A stretch of DNA of 32,000 bases, taken from the NCBI RefSeq assembly GCF_017876815.1, contig NZ_JAGIOS010000003.1, forward strand, positions 810,001 through 842,000. The letters run 5' to 3'. A program made the position numbers and the translations under genes. Below are positions 25,700 through 32,000 of this stretch, piece by piece (the stretch's first letter is position 1; every line of letters begins with the position of its first letter). The stretch is from Sinorhizobium meliloti. GTDB taxonomy: Bacteria; Pseudomonadota; Alphaproteobacteria; Rhizobiales; Rhizobiaceae. Under the pieces are notes generated by a model. That model was not told where the DNA came from and did not search any database. It saw nothing but the letters and a program-made list of their open reading frames with translations.

Positions 25700-26146
25700 G
25701 TCGGTCATCCAGTCGCCCATTTCGCGACGAACTGCCGGACCTGCACCTGGTCTTTGCGACCCTCGGTCTTGGCGCACTCGTTCACGCGGCGCGGCGGCGT
25801 ATACGGCCGCGCCGAGCGGGCGATAGGACGGCGGCCCGACGTCTACTTCGATACGATGGGGCATGATCCGGACATCATTCGCACGCTCACGGACTGTTTC
25901 GGCCCAGAACGCGTGCTCACCGGCACTGATTGGCCAATCCTTGCAGCTCTCAACCGGGACGAATTTCGAGGTAGTCTGTTACGAGCCGGGCTGAATGAGC
26001 AGGAGGCACGCCTCGTTACCGGCAGCAATGTCCGGCGCCTTCTCGGCTTGCAGCATGAGCGGCGGCGGCTGAGTAAAGGCCGACAAAACATAGAGCCCCG
26101 GATCAGTGATCCGGGGCTCTTTGCAACTCGGCTGCCATTGGACTGA
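25700..26146 (+). pseudogene. Amidohydrolase-2 (ACMSD-like metal-dependent hydrolase) remnant: 5'-truncated and frameshifted
   Basis: PDLHLVFATLG is in one frame and RRPDVYFDTMGHDPDIIRTLTDCFGPERVLTGTDWPI...VRRLLGL is in another. Together these correspond to the C-terminal third of amidohydrolase_2 proteins. The ORF reads on through the terminator hairpin. Confidence 0.55.
26093..26122. terminator. Strong bidirectional intrinsic terminator (12-bp perfect stem, 3-nt loop)
   Basis: GAGCCCCGGATC-agt-GATCCGGGGCTC. It is followed by TTTG on the plus strand and by TATGTTTTG on the minus strand. It lies about 50 nt downstream of the aldo-keto reductase stop. Confidence 0.75.
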
Positions 26147-26168
26147 CGGCGCCTGGCCGCAAAACCCG

Positions 26169-27230
26169 TCAGGCGACGCGCTGCGAACGGGCAAGCGGAA
26201 TGATCTCGGCTTCCGTCGCGCCGGACCTCGGCTCGCGTCCCTCGAGAGGATGACCCGGATCGGTGAAGCCCGGGGTCGAAGGATGGCCGGGCGCGACCAG
26301 GCGATCGACCAGGGCCTCGTCTTCCGCATCAAGCTTGACGTCGAGTGCGCGAATGTAGCCATCCCAGTGCTCTTCGGTGCGCGGGCCCGCAATGGTCGAT
26401 GTGATCAGCCGGTTATTGAGCACCCAGGCGAGCGCAAAATCGGCGGCTGCGATGCCCTTGGCTTGTGCGTGGACGGCAATCTGCTTGGCGATCGAGATCG
26501 ATTCTTCGCGGAACTCCACGTCGTGCATCCGCTTGTCGCCGCGCCCGGCGCGGGTATCGGCGGCCGGCGCTTCGCCGGGATTGTATTTGCCCGTCAGGAC
26601 GCCACGCGCCAGCGGGCTATAGGACACGGCACCCAGTCCATAAGCGGCAGCCGCCGGCAATTGCTCGGCCTCTGCCGTGCGGTTGACAATGTTATAGAGC
26701 GGCTGGCTGGCGATCGGCCGGTCGATGCCGAGCTGGTCGGCGAGATGGGCGACTTCTGCAATGCGCCACCCCCTGAAATTCGAAACCCCGAAATAGCGCA
26801 GCTTGCCGGCCTTGATCAGGTCGGCGATCGCCCGCACCGGCTCTTCGAGCGGCGCATCGAAGACGGCGCGGTGGAAATAGAGGATGTCAATATAGTCCGT
26901 GCCGAGATTGCGCAGCGAGCTCTCGACGGTCTGGTAGACCCACTTGCGCGAATAGCCGCCGAGGTTCGGCCCCTTCTGGCGCGAATTAACGAACTTCGTC
27001 GCCACCACCCAGTGATCGCGATGCGCCTTGATGCCGCGCCCGACCACCTCTTCCGACTTGCCGTCGTGGTAGACGTCCGCCGTGTCGATGAAGTTGATGC
27101 CCTGTTCGCGCGCCTTGTCGATGATGCGGAAGGCGACGTCATCAGGCGTCTGGTTGCCGAACATCATGGATCCGAGTGTCAGCGGCGACACTTTGAGGGC
27201 GCTGCGCCCAAGATAGCGATACTCAACCAT
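26169..27230 (-). CDS. Aldo/keto reductase (Tas/YajO-like)
   Basis: 353 aa. MVEYRYLGRSALKVSPLTLGSMMFG, GINFIDTADVY, HRDHWVVATKF and YIDILYFH. GGAGA SD. It starts 14 nt after the upstream ATPase stop. Confidence 0.9.
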   Translation of the reverse strand: MVEYRYLGRSALKVSPLTLGSMMFGNQTPDDVAFRIIDKAREQGINFIDTADVYHDGKSEEVVGRGIKAHRDHWVVATKFVNSRQKGPNLGGYSRKWVYQTVESSLRNLGTDYIDILYFHRAVFDAPLEEPVRAIADLIKAGKLRYFGVSNFRGWRIAEVAHLADQLGIDRPIASQPLYNIVNRTAEAEQLPAAAAYGLGAVSYSPLARGVLTGKYNPGEAPAADTRAGRGDKRMHDVEFREESISIAKQIAVHAQAKGIAAADFALAWVLNNRLITSTIAGPRTEEHWDGYIRALDVKLDAEDEALVDRLVAPGHPSTPGFTDPGHPLEGREPRSGATEAEIIPLARSQRVA

Positions 27231-27244
27231 TCAAGTTCTCCATT

Positions 27245-28189
27245 TCAGTTGATGTGGTCCGCAACATGGCAGGCCACGTGATGGCCGGGCTTGATGGCGC
27301 GGAATTCAGGTTCGGCAACACGGCAAAGCTCGGTCGCCAACGGGCATCGGGTGTGGAACCGACAGCCAGGGGGAATGTTGTTCGGGCTCGGCAACTCGCC
27401 GCCAAGCGGAGCCGCCTGTCTCGGCCGCGAGGGATCGGGAACGGCGGCCATCAGCGCTCGCGTATATGGATGGCGCGGGTCCGACCAAAGCGTCTCGTTG
27501 TCGGCGCTTTCCACGATCCGACCGAGATACATGACCAGAACCCGATCGCAGAAATAGCGCACCACCGACAGGTCATGGCTGATGAAGAGGTAGGAGAGAC
27601 CAAACTCCTTCTTCATCTCCACCAGGAGGTTCAGGATCTGTGCCTGGATCGACAGGTCTAGCGCCGAAACGGGCTCGTCGCAGACGATCAGTTCAGGATT
27701 GAGCAGTAGCGCGCGGGCAATGCCGATCCTTTGCCGCTGGCCCCCTGAGAATTCGTGCGGGTAGCGGTTGATGGCGTCGGCAGGCAGCCCGACCTTGGCG
27801 ACGATGCTGGCGACAGTGCGACGGCGTTCTGGCGGGCTGCCGGCCTTGTGCACGATCAGCGGCGCTTCCAGGATTTCACCGATCGTGTGTCGCGGATTGA
27901 GCGATGCGAATGGGTCCTGAAAGATCATCTGGATCGACTTGCGGACGTTTCTCAGCCGCCCCTGGTCGAGTGCCGTGATGTCCTGGCCCTTGAACTCGAT
28001 CCGCCCCGCGGTCGGATCGACAAGGCGCAGAAGTGTCTTGCCAAGCGTCGACTTGCCGCAACCACTTTCACCGACAAGCCCGACGGTCTCGCCACGCTCG
28101 ACCACGAGATCGACGCCATCGACCGAGCGCAACAGTCCGTCGCGGGTCTTGTAATGGGTCTTGAGATTAGAGGCTGAGATGAGCGGCAT
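27245..28189 (-). CDS. Oligopeptide/dipeptide-type ABC transporter ATP-binding protein (DppF/OppF-like)
   Basis: ATG 28189 ([13 protein letters not shown]). Walker [10 protein letters not shown], signature [15 protein letters not shown], Walker [14 protein letters not shown]-terminal oligopeptide-type extension with a Cys cluster (GCRFHTRCP). Confidence 0.88.
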   Translation of the reverse strand: MPLISASNLKTHYKTRDGLLRSVDGVDLVVERGETVGLVGESGCGKSTLGKTLLRLVDPTAGRIEFKGQDITALDQGRLRNVRKSIQMIFQDPFASLNPRHTIGEILEAPLIVHKAGSPPERRRTVASIVAKVGLPADAINRYPHEFSGGQRQRIGIARALLLNPELIVCDEPVSALDLSIQAQILNLLVEMKKEFGLSYLFISHDLSVVRYFCDRVLVMYLGRIVESADNETLWSDPRHPYTRALMAAVPDPSRPRQAAPLGGELPSPNNIPPGCRFHTRCPLATELCRVAEPEFRAIKPGHHVACHVADHIN

Positions 28190-29165
28190 CGGGGACGGCC
28201 TTGAGGGACGAGGTGAACGGGCAGGCGACGAGTCGGTCCGGCGTTTGAGCAATCAAAGGCGGCACCTGATGGGCGCAGCTTGCGCGCGCTTGGCGACAGC
28301 GCGGTCTGAAGGGACAACCCGCCTCGCCTGCCGCAGAAACGATCGTTCCGGGGATCTCGGTGAGCGGACCGTTCAGATAGTGAAAGTCGTTCTTCAAGCG
28401 CGGCGAAGCCGAAAGCAGCCCGCGCGTATAGGGATGCAGAGGATCGTTGAAGAGATCGCCGGGCAGTGCCTGCTCGACCTTGCGGCCGGCATACATCACG
28501 ACGACCTTATCGGCCCATTGCGCGACGACGCCGAGGTCGTGGGTGATCAAAACGACAGCCATCTGCAGCTCGCGCCTGAGGGTGTCGAGGAGATCCAGAA
28601 CCTGCGCCTGGATCGTCACATCGAGCGCCGTCGTCGGCTCGTCGGCAATCAGCAGTTTCGGCCGGCAGGCGACCGCCATGGCGATCATGACCCGCTGGCG
28701 CATGCCGCCCGAGAGTTGGTGCGGATAGTCGTCGATCCGCTTTTCGGCGGCAGGGATGCGCACGAGCTTCAGAAGCTCGATCGCGCGTTCTCGCGCCGCC
28801 CTGGCCGAGACGTTTTCATGCACCTTCAGCACTTCGCCGATCTGCCGGCCGATCGACATGACAGGATTGAGGCTCGTCATCGGCTCCTGAAAGATCATGG
28901 CGATCTCGCGCCCGCGCAGGCGTCGCATTTCTCGCGCATCCAGATCCAGGAGGTCGCGGTCGTCAAAGATGATGCGGCCGCTGGTCACTTGTGCTGCGCG
29001 CGGCAGCAATTGCATCAGGGCGAGCGCCGTCAGCGATTTGCCCGAACCGGATTCTCCGACGATCGCCAGTGTCTCGCCCGCCCCAACCTCAAACGACAGG
29101 TTGCGGACCGGTTCCGCGCGCGGAAAGCCGATGGTGAGGTTTTCGACCTGAAGCAGCGGCGCCAT
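28167..29165 (-). CDS. Oligopeptide/dipeptide-type ABC transporter ATP-binding protein (DppD/OppD-like)
   Basis: ATG 29165 ([14 protein letters not shown]). Walker A GESGSGKS, signature [14 protein letters not shown], Walker [14 protein letters not shown]-terminal GCPFRPRC. Confidence 0.88.
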   Translation of the reverse strand: MAPLLQVENLTIGFPRAEPVRNLSFEVGAGETLAIVGESGSGKSLTALALMQLLPRAAQVTSGRIIFDDRDLLDLDAREMRRLRGREIAMIFQEPMTSLNPVMSIGRQIGEVLKVHENVSARAARERAIELLKLVRIPAAEKRIDDYPHQLSGGMRQRVMIAMAVACRPKLLIADEPTTALDVTIQAQVLDLLDTLRRELQMAVVLITHDLGVVAQWADKVVVMYAGRKVEQALPGDLFNDPLHPYTRGLLSASPRLKNDFHYLNGPLTEIPGTIVSAAGEAGCPFRPRCRQARASCAHQVPPLIAQTPDRLVACPFTSSLKAVPDAAHLSL

Positions 29166-29167
29166 CG

Positions 29168-30166
29168 TCAACGATCCTGCGTGAAGCGCGGATTGAGAGC
29201 GTCGTTCAGTCCGTCACCGATGAGGTTGAGCGCAAGCACCGTAAAGACGATCGCGAGGCCCGGAAGCGCTGTCAGGTACCAGGCGGTTCGGACCAGTTCG
29301 CGGCCGGTGCCGATCATCGAGCCCCAGCTCACCACATTCGGATCGCCGAGACCCATGAAGGAGAGCGCCGACTCCATCAGGATCGCGGTTGCGACCATGA
29401 CCGAAGAAGTGACGATGATCGGCGGCAGTGCATTCGGTAAGATCTCGCAAAAGATGATCCGACCATCGCCAAAGCCGAGACTGCGGGCGGCCATGACAAA
29501 ATCCTTTTCACGGATTGCACGGAATTCGGCCCTGGTCAGCCGCGCGACCGTCGGCCAGGAGATGACGGCAATCGCAAGGGTGACGGTGGTTGCCGAAGGT
29601 TGGACAATCGCGACCAGAACGACGAGGAGCACGAAGCTCGGCAGAGTCTGGAAGATCTCGATGAGCCTGACGAGTAGGTCGTCGATCCAGCCACCGAAGT
29701 AACCGGCAATCGCACCGACGAAAACACCGAAGGTGAGACCGAGCGCCGTCGCCATAAGCCCCACGAACAAGGAGATCCGCGACCCGTGCAGAATGCCTGC
29801 CAGGACGTCACGACCAAGCGAATCCGTGCCGAGCGGAAAACCTGGATGCTGGCCTGGCCAGAGGAACGGTTTTCCAACCATGGACAGGGGGTCGCCGGGA
29901 TAGAGCACCGGCGCCAGCAGTGCGACGGCGATCACGAGCGCGAGGAATGCAGTGCCGAACAGCGCATTGGGGTTGGCGAGAAAGACCTTCAGTGCCCTCC
30001 GCCCGTTGGTAATGGCGACCGCTGCGGTCTGCTGAGAGCGCGCGTCGGGAGCCTTCATATTGCTCCAGGCCGGACGTTCCGGCGCGGTTGCCTGCTCGTT
30101 CGTGGCCGGAGCAGCATAGGCGCCGCCCGTGACAGCTGGAAAGGCCCCGAAGTCGGTGGTGGACAT
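29168..30166 (-). CDS. ABC transporter permease (DppC/OppC-like)
   Basis: 332 aa with multiple TM helices and a BPD-type permease core (GTDSLGRDVLAGILHGSRISL, EFRAIREKDFVMAARSLG). Its ATG overlaps the upstream stop by 1 nt (TGATG). An alternative start is ATG 30058. Confidence 0.85.
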   Translation of the reverse strand: MSTTDFGAFPAVTGGAYAAPATNEQATAPERPAWSNMKAPDARSQQTAAVAITNGRRALKVFLANPNALFGTAFLALVIAVALLAPVLYPGDPLSMVGKPFLWPGQHPGFPLGTDSLGRDVLAGILHGSRISLFVGLMATALGLTFGVFVGAIAGYFGGWIDDLLVRLIEIFQTLPSFVLLVVLVAIVQPSATTVTLAIAVISWPTVARLTRAEFRAIREKDFVMAARSLGFGDGRIIFCEILPNALPPIIVTSSVMVATAILMESALSFMGLGDPNVVSWGSMIGTGRELVRTAWYLTALPGLAIVFTVLALNLIGDGLNDALNPRFTQDR

Positions 30167-31152
30167 CAGCGAGCTCCTATTCGGGGATCGAGCCAGGCGT
30201 GGACGAGGTCCACTGCCGCGTTGGCGATGATGACGAGAAGAGAGGACAGGAGCAGGATGCCGAGCAGCACGGTGAAATCCCGGCCCATGACCGCCTCGAA
30301 GGCGAGGCGACCTAGACCCGGCCAGCTATAGACGGTTTCCACCACCACCGCGCCGCCGAGCATGCCGCCGATGTGCATTCCAGCCATGGTCGTGATCGGG
30401 ATCAGCGCGTTTCGCAGAATGTGCCTCGCTGTCACGCCAAACGGCGTCAGACCCTTGGCATAGGCGGTGCGCACGAAATCATGGTTCTTGACTTCGAGCA
30501 TGGCAGCGCGTGTCAGCCGCGCATAGATCGCGACGTAGAAGAGCGCGAGCGAGGTCGCTGGCAGCACCATGTAGCGCGCCTTATCGAGCAGTGCCGGGAA
30601 CCCTTTCAACTGCGAGCCGATCGTCGCCGCGCCGCCGCTCGGCAGCCAACCGAGTTTGACCGAGAAGAGCACGATCAGCATCAGGCCGATCCAGAAGCTC
30701 GGGATCGAGTAAAAGAGCAGCGAGAAGATTGACAGCAGGCGGTCCGGGATCCGTCCTGCAAAGCTTGCCATTAGCGATCCCAACACGACCCCGAGAAGGA
30801 TGGCAATGAAGAGCGCAACCGCCATCAGCGTCAGTGTTCCCGGCAGGCGCTGGACAATCAGGTCGGCAACCGGCATGCCGTAGCGCGGTGAAAATCCAAG
30901 ACTGAACTGAGCGAGGTTGCCGAGGTAGGTCGCCAATTGCTCGAGCACCGGACTATCCAGCCCGAAGCGGGCTCTCAGCGCCGCAACACTCTCTTCCGTC
31001 GCCGAACCCGCCTCGCCGGCCAGAACATCCGCCGCGTCACCAGGTGCCAACTGCAAAAGGAAGAAGTTCAGGATCACGATTCCGAGGATCGTCGGAACCG
31101 CCTGCAGAAGTGTTCGTCGAAGCGTTCGCGCAATTCTGATCAGCACCGGCAT
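30166..31152 (-). CDS. ABC transporter permease (DppB/OppB-like)
   Basis: ATG 31152 (MPVLIRIARTLRRTLLQAVPTILGIVILNFFLLQLAPGD), preceded by GGAGAGG. DppB-type core (RTAYAKGL, GPR-type C-terminus LDPRI). The upstream part of the 364-aa ORF looks non-coding. Confidence 0.88.
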   Translation of the reverse strand: MPVLIRIARTLRRTLLQAVPTILGIVILNFFLLQLAPGDAADVLAGEAGSATEESVAALRARFGLDSPVLEQLATYLGNLAQFSLGFSPRYGMPVADLIVQRLPGTLTLMAVALFIAILLGVVLGSLMASFAGRIPDRLLSIFSLLFYSIPSFWIGLMLIVLFSVKLGWLPSGGAATIGSQLKGFPALLDKARYMVLPATSLALFYVAIYARLTRAAMLEVKNHDFVRTAYAKGLTPFGVTARHILRNALIPITTMAGMHIGGMLGGAVVVETVYSWPGLGRLAFEAVMGRDFTVLLGILLLSSLLVIIANAAVDLVHAWLDPRIGAR

Positions 31153-31449
31153 CGATGTCGCCTCTCCATTTGGCTGTCCGCCAACGGCGAACCTGCACCT
31201 CGGCCTGATCTTTCGCCGCCGAATGATTTTATAGTTGACTAAATACATAGGCTTTGTCAAATGTGTTTTAGCAATTTCACCCTGCGGCTGGCTGATTACC
31301 GGAACACCATTCCAGTGTTTACGGCCAACCCCGAGATTTGAAGAATTTCAATCCTGCATGAGCACAGTTCTCGCAATGGCCGACTAGGAAGACGCGCTCG
31401 AACGAAAAACGCTTCCCGGCACAGCCCATCAGAGACAGCGGAGGATCCC

Positions 31450-32000
31450 GTGACACGCAAGAATGCCATCTCACACATCTGGTACACGCGCTGCCCCGTG
31501 CCGACACCTATGGGGCTTGCCACCCAGCTTGGCCTCCTCGACACGGCATTTGCCGCCGAGGGCATCAAGCTGAACTCGATCATCGACAGCAAGGATCGCT
31601 CCATCCGGTCTAGCCATTTCGATCACCATCTCGACTATTCGTTTCGCCATGGCGGCAATGTCCCGCCGATTCGCGCCCGCTCGGAAGGCAATCCGACGCG
31701 GCTGGTCGGCATCACCTGGACAGACGAGTTCCAGGCGATCATCACGCTGTCCGAAACCGGGATCAAAACGACACGCGACCTCGTCGGCCGGCGCTTCGGC
31801 ATTGCGCGTCGCCCACCTGGGATCGTCGACTTCATGGCCGCTACCGCTCTGAAGGGCCTCGTTTCCGCTCTCTCGCTCGACGGGCTCGCACCCTCCGACG
31901 TCGAGATCGTCGACATCCCGCTTTCCGAAAGCGTGCTCGACGGCAGAGAGGGGCCGCAGCTCTACGGCCTCAGAAACCGTCAGGCCTATGGCCCCGAAAT
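31450..32000 (+). CDS. Cytoplasmic SBP-fold (NMT1/SsuA-like) protein with DszB-desulfinase-like catalytic pattern; 3' end outside window
   Basis: GTG 31450 with GGAGGA 5 nt upstream. The frame is open to the window end (183 codons): VTRKNAISHIWYTRCPVPTPMGLATQLGLLDTAFAAEGIKL...SHFDHHLDYSFRHGGNVPPI...TRLVGITWTDEFQAIITLSETGIKTTRDLVGRRFGIA. No signal peptide. Not in the ORF track because it runs off the end. Confidence 0.6.
   Translation, partial: MTRKNAISHIWYTRCPVPTPMGLATQLGLLDTAFAAEGIKLNSIIDSKDRSIRSSHFDHHLDYSFRHGGNVPPIRARSEGNPTRLVGITWTDEFQAIITLSETGIKTTRDLVGRRFGIARRPPGIVDFMAATALKGLVSALSLDGLAPSDVEIVDIPLSESVLDGREGPQLYGLRNRQAYGPE

Noticed and set aside
31153-31260. N-terminal extension of the DppB-like permease ORF (MTKPMYLVNYKIIRRRKIRP..)
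   Set aside because: This stretch is AT-rich and looks non-coding or promoter-like. The conserved DppB N-terminus and a GGAGAGG SD begin at ATG 31152.
1-32000. Search by eye for CRISPR arrays, tRNA/rRNA genes and long tandem repeats
   Set aside because: I saw no regularly spaced direct repeats, no cloverleaf-like or rRNA-like segments, and no non-coding stretch long enough to hold them. A proper scan (tRNAscan-SE, Infernal, CRISPR finders) would still be needed to exclude small RNAs.

Overview
High-GC, densely coding, visibly mosaic region. It looks alpha-proteobacterial and Rhizobiaceae-like, an inference from the HWE kinase, moc-like genes, an EcfG-type promoter and IS30/IS110/IS630/IS66 debris. 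Left to right: (1) the 3' end of a NitT/TauT-type ABC ATPase. (2) A membrane HAMP-PAS class III nucleotide cyclase preceded by an orphan LivJ-type binding protein. (3) An IS30-family element abutting an IS110-family transposase remnant. (4) A LacI-linked moc-like (rhizopine-catabolism-like) block: membrane di-iron oxygenase, Rieske ferredoxin, sugar-binding protein and ferredoxin reductase, ending in a decayed TIM-barrel gene fused to IS630 and IS66 fragments. (5) A kup gene lacking its conserved N-terminus. (6) A tight operon of a KaiC-like ATPase, a pseudo-receiver HWE histidine kinase and a single-domain response regulator, with no kaiA or kaiB. (7) A sulfur block: sbp-cysA without cysTW permeases, csbD with an EcfG-type promoter, an SfnB-family oxidoreductase, a Tat-signal family-5 binding protein, and a Dpp/Gsi-type ABC importer co-transcribed with an aldo-keto reductase. 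(8) Divergently, the 5' part of a signal-peptide-less SBP-fold protein carrying the DszB desulfinase catalytic pattern. No rRNA, tRNA or CRISPR array was seen. Best candidates for new biology are the KaiC/HWE-kinase/receiver module and the DszB-like/SfnB/peptide-type-transporter organosulfur cluster, followed by the MocDEF-like three-component oxygenase. All family assignments were made by eye from motifs and remembered reference sequences; nothing was checked against a database.
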